In this document: positions 10,633-22,271 of the stretch, piece by piece | Layout: each line of letters starts with the position of its first letter | Position numbering within the stretch: the first letter of the stretch is position 1 | Assembly: GCF_902459465.1 (NCBI RefSeq) | Contig: NC_047064.1 | Location: 20,336,001-20,400,000 of the forward strand | DNA from: Asterias rubens | Lineage: Eukaryota | Direction: 5' to 3' | DNA length: 64,000 nucleotides | Notes under the pieces: generated by a model | What the model was told of the DNA's origin: nothing | The model's input: only the letters and a program-made list of their open reading frames with translations | The model's database searches: none | Made by a program: the position numbers and the translations under genes

Positions 10633-12554
10633 AGAAAAGGATTTGTGACTGGCTTGCTCTACATCTGTTACTTTACCATTTAAACATCAAAACGTTACTC
10701 TTCCCCACTCTTTGTTGATCCTTCTCAGATTCCAATTTCTTCATTTCACCAATCTCTTCATTCCTCCAATTCGTCATTCTTATCATACAAACCTGCAAGG
10801 TGTAACCCACTTCCACATTCAAATCTCAACAAAGAAAACTTTAAACGTGTCCCAGCAAAAGAGAAAAAAAACCCAAACAAACGTAGCGTCTCTATTAGCC
10901 CCTTTTTCCCTCGTGACTCGGTCTTCTGTCAATATAACTAGTGAGGGTGAAAAGTGTGTAAATTGGGTCATTTTAGGAAATTGCCTCCACGGCAATTTAG
11001 CTTGAGTGATGATTGTGCGGGGAAGTCTTCATTTCGTGTGTATGAACGTCTTGGTTGTCATCTTGCGGTCGTCTTGTTACACACCTTGGGTCACTCTAGG
11101 TACTCCTGAGCCAGATATGGTTACCACAGAGTTGAAGATATTCATGGAGCAGGGAATTGGTTTCTCGATCTACTCTGGAGTCGCGGAGTAAAATGACAAT
11201 GCTTTTACATTTTTTTTAAAAACATCTCCCCTCTACCTGTTTTTTATTTTTAATATCCTGGTCTACAGAGGTCAAGTGGTAATACTTATGTGTACTTGAA
11301 TGTTCGTGGTGGTTTGGTGATTAGTCATACAAATTGCTGGAGCAAATTACTAAAAGGTTTTTTTTGCCTTACATACTTTTTGCCTACCATACAAATGCTG
11401 GACTGTTTGAATGATGTTGAATGATCAACCAAACTGTAAGGAATAAACCTCCACTGTTTTAAGGTGGGGTTGGATGATTGTTCCTTGTCAACTAGTGCAA
11501 GGTTTAAGCCTGGCACCTTCCAGATTTTTCAGGAAGCTGAAAAAAAGGCCAGTGATTTCTCAGAATTTTTCTTGATGTCATTATGTTTTCGAAATCTCCA
11601 TGAGCCTTCAAATTTTCATGAAAGAAGGGTAAAGCAATCATCAAATAAGGGAGAAAAAAAAGTCCACAGTTTGTCCAAACCTGTAGTTTTGTAATTATGT
11701 TGATTCACAAAGTCCATAAACATTGTAAACCTTCGGAATCGTAACATCCTGGAGGTTCCGAGTCTAGAATAAAGGGGAACCCAGACCCATGAGTCTTTTT
11801 TCAGGAATGTTTTATTTAGGCCTACATAGGCCAAACTCATTCCTGCAATTAAAAAGGTCTGTGTTATTGTTTTAAACTGATCTATATCTTAGAGAATCAA
11901 ATGGCATCATTATAACTCTTTGTGAAATTGACCCTAAAGCCTTTTTCAAACTTGTTTGTTTTTAACTAGCGAGGTGCCAAGCTTGTTGAGCCATGATATT
12001 TTTGCCCTTTCACTGATGTGAATTTAAGCACTGTATACTCAGTATCTCTTGTAATAAATTTCCTGTTTTCTTGAAAATGATTCACGACCAGGTGGGAAAC
12101 AAGTGATTCTAAATCTCACGTTGTCACAACCTGCCTATTTAGCTCCCAAACTTACAGATGAAAGTACGTGGGGAGGGGGGGGGGGGGGGAGGGGGGTAGT
12201 TTGAGTCTGAAAGTTCACTGCTTATAGACCATATTATGAACTGTGACCTTGTGCATTCCCCAGCTAGTCTGGGTCTTGCAGGCAGGATACTGCACTGACC
12301 ATATGGGAAAGTTGATATATTGTGTCATAATTTCCACCTCAATCCAAGAGTTATGAAAGAAAAAGCTGGACAAGTTTTGAGATGTGCCCCCTTTCATCAT
12401 ATCAAAAGTTGATAAGAATTAGACAGTGCATTCTCCATAAGTGTAAGATTTTATGTTTTCTACCATTGGGCTGTGTACAAATCATGCCTGCAGGAAGTCC
12501 AGGCTCTGTGGCTCTTTTGTAAAATGTGTGATGTCACAGGTCACATCGTCTATA

Positions 12555-12745
12555 AAGGTGACACCATTGCAAATCCTTCAAAGACAGCTGTGCTCATTGA
12601 AAATAATTACAAAGTCAAAAGAATAGCACTTGAATAATTGTAGTTGGAAAACAGTTTCAGTCTGAAAATTCTTTGAGTATTAAGGTGACACCAGTGCAAA
12701 TCCTCCAGAGACAACTGTGTTCATTGAAAATAATGTCAAAGTCCT
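12555..12745. repeat. Direct duplication of about 60 bp, period about 130 bp
   Basis: aaggtgacacca.tgcaaatcct.ca.agaca.ctgtg.tcattgaaaataat occurs twice. Confidence 0.8.
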
Positions 12746-12927
12746 GACTTTCAATGTCTCTTTCCCAACAGAAAATCAGTAAAATCATAAAATAATCCTG
12801 TTTTTTTTTTTGCCAAGGATCAAACATCAGTGGGCCCTAAAGAATGGCTCTGAGGTCATTCAGTTGTGCACTAATTTTCCAATAGAAAGTGGGGGGAAAA
12901 TTACAAGGGTGTGTCTCTAACCCTACA

Positions 12928-13195
12928 TTAAAGGCAGTGGACACTATTGGTAATTGTCAAAGACTAGTCTTCACAGTTTGTGTATCTCAACATATGTATA
13001 AAATAACAAACCTGTGAAAATTTGAGCTCAATCGGTCATCGAACTTGCGAGATAATAACGAAAGAAAAAAACACCCTTGTCACACGAAGTTGTGTGCGTT
13101 TAGATGGTTGATTTTGAGACCTCAAGTTCTAAATCTGAGGTCTTGAAATCAAATTCGTGGAAAATTACTTCTTTCTCAAAAACTATGGCACTTTT
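12928..13195. mobile_element. Kolobok/T2-like MITE family A, truncated
   Basis: TTAA-AGGCAGTGGACACTATTGGTAATTGTC start. Homology stops after aaaactatggcactt and there is no right TIR. Confidence 0.8.
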
Positions 13196-14247
13196 TGCTT
13201 AATCGCCAGGGTAGAGACTTGTAATGTTGTTTTCATAAAATGGTAAAAATGGTAAAGACTCTATTTAATGGAAAAAAAATGGATTACAAAACTGAACCTG
13301 ACCTTGGAGCCCCTCTTTAATGAAGTATAATACATGTTCAGTGTTTGATCTTTGCTATATGAGAGTACTACTCACTGTGTATTAGTCATATTAGTGAACG
13401 GGTTGTAGACAAACTGCCCTCAAGATTTCAATTTTGAGCTCTGCATTTGATTACGATGCTGCATCAAACGCTGATATATTATGAGAAGTGTATAGCCCCA
13501 AGTTACTTCATATTGTACGTTCATGGTATGAGCAGCAATCACTTTAAGCATTACACTTTGCCAATGTTTGTTTAGCGGATAATCCAGCCTGTGCTGTCAT
13601 TCTCAGCAGGAGGCTTTTTTTTTTTTTAGTCTTCTCATTTTTCTCTAAATCTCATTCGGTCGTTCGCAGAGTTGCCAGGGCACACCTGTTCATCTTACAA
13701 GACATTTCCAATTTCCTCTTTTTTTGGTCTTGGGCATAATTATTAGAAGTCAGTTTTACATAAATGAGGTGACCTAATTTCATGCGGAATCAGTTTTGTT
13801 CGTTTTGAATTACTCGATCCTTCAGGCTCTTTTTTTTTAATTCCCCGTTTCAAGTCCCATCTTGTTCTCATTTCGGGACGAGTGTTTTTTGTTTGTTCCC
13901 CCGTTTGTTTTCCTTTGGGGGAGGGGAGGCGCCCTTCACCAGTATCCTGTAACCATGAGATCAAAAAGAGGGAGGGGGGGGGGTGGCTGGGTGCATCTTG
14001 GAAACAAAAGTTAACCCTCCAGTAACATGAGAGAAACTCTTGTTCTTAAATTTAGAAAATGCTCAGTAACCTCTTCTTGCGAAATTGCTTAATTCCGCAG
14101 AAATGATGCTGAATTGAATTGGAGTATTGACCCCCTGAAGGGTTAATTCTCTGTGCTCGTCTCTCCGCTCAGATTACCCATTTACCATGCTTTAACCTAA
14201 TTGCAGGTAAAAGGAAGCGCAATTATTCCGACTGCAAGAAATGTAAT

Positions 14248-14466
14248 ATGAATTCCGTCTTTATTATTCTCACATTCTTCCTCGCCGGGTCTTGTGGTGG
14301 TGTTTGCGTCGTACAAACCTGTTGCTGTGGGGGAGTTGAAATCACCCCAAACCCCCTCTGCACACAAGTTCGGACGTGCAGTGCACTGGAAAGTTGCACT
14401 TCTCCCCCACCCCCCCTTGCTGTCTCCGTCATCCCAGAGCCGTGCACACCTCAAGGTTTTTTGTGA
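14248..14466 (+). CDS. Candidate small secreted Cys-rich peptide ORF (72 aa)
   Basis: N-terminal hydrophobic stretch VFIILTFFLAG, 9 Cys, Pro-rich C-terminus. Branch-point-like ctaat plus cag acceptor at 14206. No homology recognised. Confidence 0.2.
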   Translation: MNSVFIILTFFLAGSCGGVCVVQTCCCGGVEITPNPLCTQVRTCSALESCTSPPPPLAVSVIPEPCTPQGFL

Positions 14467-15030
14467 TGCGCGTGACTTTGGCATGAAATACGACCAAAGA
14501 TGATGAATTAACTAGTCATCGGTGCTTCAGAAAAAAAAAGAGCTATGGCTTGGCTGCGGAGGTTTCAGTGCAATGAGGAGAAGGGTAATTATAAATGCTC
14601 AGGTGATTTTATTGCTGAGGGGACAATATCCCTAGTGAGGCATGGCGGTGCAGGTTGCAGGTGCTAATAGAGAGTTGATAGAAATTTGGCCTAAGGGGGT
14701 AGGGAAGGGGGGGGGGGAGACTCGTCCAGGGAAAGATATTGAATAGGAACGTTTAATCATCCGTCGCCAATACCTTGACTTTGAGAGAAAGTTATTGTCA
14801 GTTAATCATGCACTCATTGTACACATCATGTGAGTTCCATGTGTTCTGTGGCAATGATTGTGAACTGTGCTAATTAAAAAAAAAAAAAAACATTTTGAAT
14901 GAGCAACTTCAAGTAAACCATTCCAGTGACAATATAAAACAACATTTTGTATAATTTGAGTTGGGTAACTTAGGAGGGGTTTATATATGTGATGCCTTGT
15001 ATCGAGTCACTGGGTCTTGATGAATGAGAC

Positions 15031-15201
15031 CTGCAGCCGATTTCACGAAACGCTAGGATTAATCCTAACTCGAGTTAGGACGAGTAACCCGTCCTAACTT
15101 CGGATGGGTTCAATGCGTCCTACGTATTTGGATACGGAACTGAACCCGTCCTAAGTCCTAAGATTGATCCTAAGTTAGGAAGAGTTTGGTGAAATCGAAG
15201 G
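15031..15201. mobile_element. Palindromic MITE related to 41655-41812
   Basis: cgatttcac...gtgaaatcg termini; internal cctaactcgagttagg palindrome. Confidence 0.7.
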
Positions 15202-15203
15202 TT

Positions 15204-15462
15204 GGGCCCAATTTCATAGAGCTGCTTAAGCAAAATAATTGTGCTTAAAAATGTTCTGCTAAGCATACAGGAGGAGGATACCAGTCAGAAATTCTACATG
15301 TGACATTTTTTGGGGCTGGTAACCGTATTCTGATATGTAAGCAATCCTAGTATAGCTATAGATGTATATAGCTGAATAAGGATTTCACCATTGAAGATTG
15401 AAGACTGTTGTGCTGCAAGCGCTATCTTTGTCTGCTTAAAAGCAGTTCTATGAAATTGGGCC
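15204..15462. mobile_element. GGGCCCAATTTCAT-type MITE
   Basis: TIR GGGCCCAATTTCATAGAGCTGCTTAAGC / GCTTAAAAGCAGTTCTATGAAATTGGGCC. Relatives at about 16140-16312, 34320-34532, 46098-46252, 49532-49660, 51896-52081 and 52188-52305. Confidence 0.8.
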
Positions 15463-18400
15463 GTAAGTGGAATAACAATTGTGAATGTGGTAGTTCGAGG
15501 AGGTGATAAATGGGGGGAGGGGTTTACAAATGCATGAATCCTAGTAGAACAGGTGGCAGACACCAGCACTACTCTACCTTACATGCCTTGTGTGTACGTA
15601 TGTTTTTTAATTTTTAGGAATGATCAGAAAAACACATGGTCCAAATAAAATATTGGGTTTTATTGTTGCAGGATGCAGATTTGATATTATTGGCCAGTTA
15701 TTAGTTGACATGTGGTAAAGTTACTGACCCTATGGGAAAAAAATGGAAAATAAAATATGGTGAAATTAGTGGCTTTTTGCGGCGAAGAAATGGTGTACGC
15801 TACACTTGTTACTCTTGAAACTAGGTGACATCAGGCAATACACTTACCGGTAATTGATTCAGTAAATCTACAGCCCAACAAAGTCCTGGAAGTTGATTTC
15901 CTATATGTATTAATCTTTGTAGCATTTTTATGTTGATTATGTGGAAATTGCAGAGCAAAGTGTACAACCAGGGGAGGCACATACATGTACATGCTTTACC
16001 CAAGCCTACATCCGTATGGACTGTAAAAGAGGTAACCCTGTTTCAGCCCTAGGAGTAGGTGGCAACGGCCTCTGGAAACAAATAATTGTAGCCCACACCT
16101 TGAAGTGGCCTTTAGGCCTTGTGTGTCTGGCAACTTGCATTTTTTTTTTATTAAGCCAATAAGCACAGACACAAACTTGCTTAACAGAAAGTAATCATCA
16201 AAAATTCCATTTATTTTACATCATTACAACTGGTGCCCCATTCGGTTTCTTTCTTAGCAAAGAAATTTGGAAACCAAAAATGTCTGCTTAACAGCTTGAT
16301 GAAATTGGGCCCATTGTGGCGTGATATCATCAGTCTTTGCAAACAATACAACGTCTTCTCTATACCTCCAACATCACTTCCTTGTGAGTCTTTACAAACA
16401 ATAAGACATCTTCTGTAACCTCCAACATCACTTCCTCCCTAGAAGCATCGCCCTCCATCATGACCTTCGGTCAGCTTATCTCAGCTCCCTGCACTTTCCA
16501 TCCTAGACTCCTCCTATTATAAAATAAAAAATGTTCAGTTTGGTGTATCCTGTGGACCAGATTTGAGCGCAAAGAAAGAAACCCTAATGCAAGTTTTTGC
16601 TCCGTGGAGGCATGGGGGGTTGGATGTACTTCGGGACGACCACGTCATGGGTTGATTTAATTTTGTAGTTTTTTTTTTAATCCTTTGTGCCTTGGTGTTG
16701 AGTGGATTGGAGCAGGCTGTAGGTAATACTGTAGAGCTGTAAAGGGAGGTCAGTCTAAAGCTGACTGACTGATATTTATTTTATTGGATGAAGGAGGCGG
16801 TAGATTAAAGGAGCTGGCCTGTATGCTTCGTTTTTTGAAAGGGCAGGGGCACCAAGGCATTTTCTTCTTGGTAAAGGGGCGTCTTTTGAGAATTTTTTTT
16901 AAAATTAAGTTCTAATGGAGCATTTGAAAGACATGAAGGCATGGATCAGGCAATCGCTTTCTTTGCCTACGTGAATTATCAGGCGTGGAGGAGGAAGGGA
17001 CTGGGGCAGAGAAGTTGTTTTTCTTGTCCTATTTTAAAAGGCGTGTTTGTTAATTCAGTACAAAGAAATAGATGAATTGTTGAGTTAGTGTAAGCTCCTT
17101 GGTTTACAATTGATTTTATGGAATGGAGGATGGAGCAGATTTGGGTGAGGGAATAATCAGATTTAGAAAGACCAGTTTGTCTATTTTGGAATAAAGATGT
17201 CCACTGACCAATATCAGATTAAGAGTAGGAGAGTCTTGGGCTGCCCGGTAGCAGGAGACTCTAAAGCCCGGTTCATATTTCTAGCGAATGCTTGCTGCGA
17301 AGCGAATTTGACGCCACAGCTCTGTGACAAAACTTTTTTGCCGGAATATATCACGGGGCAACAGGGGAATTGCCTCTGTATGAAGTATCTCTCATTTGAT
17401 GAACCATAGAGCTAATACAGCTCTTTGGTCAAACAAAGGTCTTTTCCTTGATTGTAGTGTGACTTTTTTTTTAAAGAGAAACAAAAAGTAGAGAAGTCGC
17501 CCCCCCCCAAAAAAAAAAACCAAAGACAAAACATAAACAATAACAGTTAAACATGCTGAAGATGTCCCCCTATTAACTTTCCTTGTCCAGATAAATCCAA
17601 TGTAAATTTTTTTTTTTTTTTTTTCATTTGATTGGACATGGTTGAATTGCGTAGTTGTAATCGGAGCATGCATGGCATACGAGTGCAAGACTTTCAACCA
17701 AGTAGCAAGCCCTTGCGCTACTCCACCACGTAGATGCACTTGAGATTTCACCCTTAAACAGCTTCCTACTCCGAGAAAAATCCATACTGGTACAATTGAA
17801 CATGACTATACATGTAAGTACACATCTTAGGATATGTAAAGTGGTTGGATGCTGACTCACCATGTTGCCCCCCCCCCCAACCCCCCCCCTGCTTTGCCCC
17901 CTGCCCTTCCTCTTCACCAACTGCAACATTTTTGAGGGACCCCATATCTGGCGCCCTCAATTTATGTTGCTTTGTGCTGACTTGGCGTTGTTGTTGCGTC
18001 TTGTTCAAATTGACTTTGTGACTCGAAATATGCAGGAAGTGTGATGCTGAATAAGAAGCAACTGACAATTATTAGGGGAGGAAGATACAGGAAGGGGGAG
18101 GGTGAATTGTGGCGGGGGGGGGGGGTTATATTCCAGGGGTTCCCTTTTAGACACTTACTTGTGGCTTTGGTACATTTTGATGTGTAAGTAGGGATAGGCA
18201 AATACTCGTGTGGCTGATACTGTTTAGACGAACTACTTGTTTGAGTCATTGAGAAAGACTCTACTGTAAAAGTGTGAGGTCTTCTTTGTTCGACTTGTTA
18301 CTCATGACCATAATGAGGGCAGCCGTTTTGTCAGCCATCTTCTTTGAGAGAAGAGGGGGGCGGTTGTCATTTTCATGTAATGTCATTAGCACAGTTCATT

Positions 18401-20387
18401 TCTTGTTTTACGTAACCGATGCAAACTCGGTTAGGGTCCGAACATGAGGTCATTAACATAGTTTACAACATGTACATGTACTTGTTAAAGGAACAAATAC
18501 CCCGCCCTTAAGAAATTAGAAAAAAGGTGCGTTCAGGCAAAACAGACAATCACATTTGACAACAGGGGCAATAGCAGTATGACACCCGGGTACACACATC
18601 ATCTGCTGTGAAACTAGATGCAAATTTGTCTTTATAAAAATGGAATTAATACATAAAATACATGTACTTTGTATACATCGTACAATATAATGTGCAGTAC
18701 AGTTACATGTACGTGTACATTTAAAATGGGCGTGTTGAGCAAGCCTTCAGACTTTCCTTCCCCCATGTATCCCCATGGTACAAACCTTTGTATCAGCTCA
18801 ACTCACGAGGAAGCTTGTTCGAATGACAAGCCGATTTAGTGGTCTGACATCATCATCAATCTATGTAAAAACCATGACACAACTGGAGCAGAAAAGTGTG
18901 AAGTGTTTTATTATCGGAAACAACTCCAGTCTTTATAAAAAGGACAGCTTGTTAGCTCTATGACTATCGCCCAATAAGAAGGATCATCACACACCAACCA
19001 TGGTCAAACAATGGTCCGACTGTCCAGATTTAATGCCCCTTCCAGACATGACTTGAACAATAGACAGCCGGTAGTCTTAATCTCTTATTAAGGAACAGGT
19101 TGAGTGTCTTCAAGAAGACTGATCACCTAAGCATCTACTCGGATCCTTGAGTAGAGCGACCAAGACACAAAGTGGATTGGGTGCCAGAGTTTACTCACCT
19201 GTGTATGAGTCATTTCGAGTCGACCTGTTTCCTAAAGATGCAGTTGGCATCCATCTTCATTTCTTTCCTTTCTTTCCGTCGTTCGTTCAGTCGAGCAATT
19301 TCATTCCGATTTTGTTTCCCAATGTAAGGAATGCCCTTGATCTGTTTTGTCAGTGTTTGATAAGATGCAATGATTGTAATAGGCCGTTTCCGAAACGGCG
19401 GCTTTGGCTACAGCGCCAGCCAGTGTAGATAAAATAGGCAGCAGTGCGTTCTAGCCGTAGCTGTAGCCGAATTCGCCGTTGCGAACATGGCCATAGCAGC
19501 TTTTTATAATGTTGCAGCAATTTTTGTCTACATTGATGTACCAGACTATTTTCATTCCTGCCTCGGTTTGGTAACATTGACTTGTGATGAGGAAAAAGTC
19601 AAGATGGCATAATAAGAGTCATGATAACAAACAGCTAGTTTTGTTATCTAGGTCTTTAAATAAGTCCTGGCATCTCAAAGCGCTTAAAAAAGAAATTAAT
19701 ATCCTCTTTTTTTTTTAAAGACTGGTTAAAAAAAGTTTTGAATATTTGAACCATTTATGCATTACCTCATAAGGGCTTAAAAGGTGCTTTAGCGCATCCG
19801 GCAGCCACTCCCAGAAACATTAGGGGAGAGGGGCCCTTTCTCTGTGGTGATAGTGTAACTGTGGCATTTGATGTGCAGTACACAACACACAAAACCCATA
19901 CATTTTTTTATGTAGAGTGTAGACACAAAACAGGATACTTACATAACGTTGTGCACATTCTACACATACATGTAATAGTGGTAGCATAATGATAATATAG
20001 TCCATCCGCTTAGCACTTCCCCTCTCAGATTCACCCTTCCCACCCATTTCCCCTTCCCGCTTAGTGTCTGCCACTCAAAGACCCAAACGCCTAAAAAACA
20101 GCCTGTTTTTCATGTACATTTACAACTGTAATTGATCCTTAGTCACAGAAAAATACTGTTGGTGAAAAAGGGTTTCAATATAATACAAGATGCAACTTGC
20201 AATTTGCAATTACTTCAAGGGGGGCACAAATAGACTTATTATAACCTCAGAGCCCAAGTTTCCAAAACTATTTCGTAAAAGCGACTTAAAATGCATAGTC
20301 TTTGTGTTTTGTTGTTAGTAGCAGGGTTTTCCCCATGCACAAGGTTGTTAATTGGGCCGTGCGAATTGCGTGCAGATATGCACCTCT

Positions 20388-20680
20388 TAGTCTTGGTTCC
20401 AAGACGCTCCAGTTGAGTCACGAAAACCTAACAGCTATCTAAACCGCTATCACCCCAATAACCACTTGCCACTAGAGGGCGCTCTCATTTCCGTAACTGC
20501 TATCACACCACGAACCGCACTCCTGTGAGAGCAGTTCGTGGTGATAGCAGTTACGGGAATGATAGCGCCCTCTATTGGCAAGTTGTTTGTGGGGCGGTGA
20601 GAGCAGTTTGGAGAGCAGTTAGGTTTTCGTGACTACATGGTTCGTGACTACACAACTGGAGCGCCTTGGAACCAAGACTA
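20388..20680. mobile_element. Fold-back MITE with 9-bp TSD (AcademH- or MULE-like)
   Basis: TIR TAGTCTTGGTTCCAAG(A/G)CGCTCCAGTTG. TSD TGCACCTCT at 20379-20387 and 20681-20689. The superfamily is inferred from the 5'-TAG end plus 9-bp TSD. Confidence 0.85.
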
Positions 20681-21313
20681 TGCACCTCTATGAGGAAATT
20701 GTAAATTTCTATTGCAACATTTTAAGAGGCACCAAGGCAATGAACAGGTGCAACAGAGGCTATTGGCTCCATTGCCTCTGTGTAATTTCAGGACTGGAAT
20801 TTTTCAAGGAAGGAGAATATTGAGGAATTCAGCTGCATTATACATGAAAGGGAGTAACAGAGGGTAGGGAGGAGTGGAGAGTCGATTAAGAGGCTTTCCT
20901 CCTGCAGTGATTTGACAATGAGACAATTTCTTGAGTGGCGAGAAAACAAGTTACATTACATCATAAAATAGGGTTGAGTCTTGAAGCTACATCTACCCCT
21001 CTGGCCATTGTTATGTGGAATTACCAAGTTATGAATTATGTGTAGCCTTGCTAGGTGTGTGTTTGTCTTGAGGAAATGAGTTACATAATGTCCGAATGAT
21101 TGTTGATCCTGGTTGAGTCGTTAAGCTTTTCCTCCTTGCCACACAATGGAATTTTTTAATTGTCTTTGAGTAACTTTAAATAACTGGGATTAAATTTTGT
21201 TTTGACCCGCACAATGCAAGAACTGTCAGATGTAATTTGCTGAGGTTTTTGTTTGGTTTTTAAAATCACAGTGAGGTTTTGTTCTTGGTGGCAAGTGTAG
21301 ATGATCTTCTTGG

Positions 21314-21470
21314 CAGGCTTGGAATTTCGTCCTTGAGAGGGCAAGGCCATTTTCATTTTCCAAAGGGCACTTCCATTGGAAAATCTTAAAGTTTATGGGA
21401 ATTTTCGAAAGGGCACCAAGGCCAAGACAAGGGCAACGGAGGCCACTGCCTCCGTGGAATTCCAGGCCTG
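21314..21470. mobile_element. hAT-like MITE (CAGG...CCTG)
   Basis: TIR CAGGCTTGGAATT / AATTCCAGGCCTG, flanked by TCTTGG on both sides. Related pieces at about 5250-5384, 16825-16985, 20690-20800, 25130-25260, 30834-31000, 49444-49802 and 54890-54955. Confidence 0.75.
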
Positions 21471-21883
21471 TCTTGGAATGAAAACACAAAAACTTGCTTA
21501 CTCCAGTCTTATCTTTTGTCTTATGTATAGGGTCCTTTAATCTCTTCTTAACATTATTATTGTCTTTATTCTTCCTCTGAGTGAGCTTTTGTTCTACTTG
21601 TAAGCAAATTGTTTAATGTTTCGCCCTTCAATAATACATTCTTCAACAGGCAAAATACTTTCTATCCGAAAAGTCCAGCTCAACAAAAAATACTTTTGCC
21701 TGGGAAATATTGAGGTTTGAAAAAACTCAATTTTTTTTTTTTTTTTTTTACCATATTGGTAATGGTGATGGACGAAACTCAAATAATTCTTTTTTTGTCT
21801 CTGATTTTGGTGCACTCTTTCTCATGGAGTGGTGAATTACGTAGAAAACTAAAACTGCGGTGTGTGTAAATAAGAAAGATGTC

Positions 21884-22271
21884 TTAAAGGCAGTGGACAC
21901 TATTGGTAATTGTCAAAGACTAGCCTTCACAGTTGGTGTATCTCAACATAATGCCTAAAATAACAAACCTGTGAACATTTCAGCTCAATCGGTCATCGAA
22001 CTTGCGATAAAGTAATGAAAGAAAAAAACAATATTGTCACATGAAGTTGTGTGCGTTCAGATGGTTGATTTCGAGACCTCAAGTTCTAAATCTGAGGTCT
22101 CGAAATCAAATTCATGGGAAATTACTTCTTTCTCGAAAACTACGGCACTTCAGAGGGAGCCGTTTCTCACAATGTTTTATACCATCAACCTCTCCCCATT
22201 ACTCGTCACCAAGGAAGGTTTTATGCTTATGATTATTTCGAGTAATTACCAATAGTGTCCACTGCCATTAA
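21884..22271. mobile_element. Kolobok/T2-like MITE family A
   Basis: TIR AGGCAGTGGACACTATTGGTAATT / AATTACCAATAGTGTCCACTGCCA, with TTAA on both sides. Confidence 0.9.

Larger units (their letters stand above)
8261..11433 (-). other. Putative 3' exons of an unidentified nested antisense gene (11377-11433, 11125-11174, 9211-9274, 8827-8895, 8685-8726, 8261-8324)
   Basis: All six have AG/GT boundaries and chain in frame to 114 aa plus TGA. In four of the five internal exons only this frame is open. AATAAA (8215-8220, minus) lies about 40 nt after the stop. No homology is recognised, and sites were hand-picked. Confidence 0.3.

Noticed and set aside
12172-12197. Long G runs here and at about 23669, 24957, 29248 and 41274 as G-quadruplex elements
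   Set aside because: These are simple homopolymers of unreliable length with no evidence of function.
8200-19510. Nested gene being NSMCE3/MAGE (which lies in a human FAM189A1 intron)
   Set aside because: No MAGE-domain-like sequence in the candidate exons. The human arrangement involves an intronless, probably retroposed gene.
22034-22255. Recurrent ORFs such as KLCAFRWLISRPQVLNLRSRNQ (also at 4240, 43628, 51536, 52378, 60362, 62566)
   Set aside because: They are translations of the non-coding family-A MITE with no transposase motifs.
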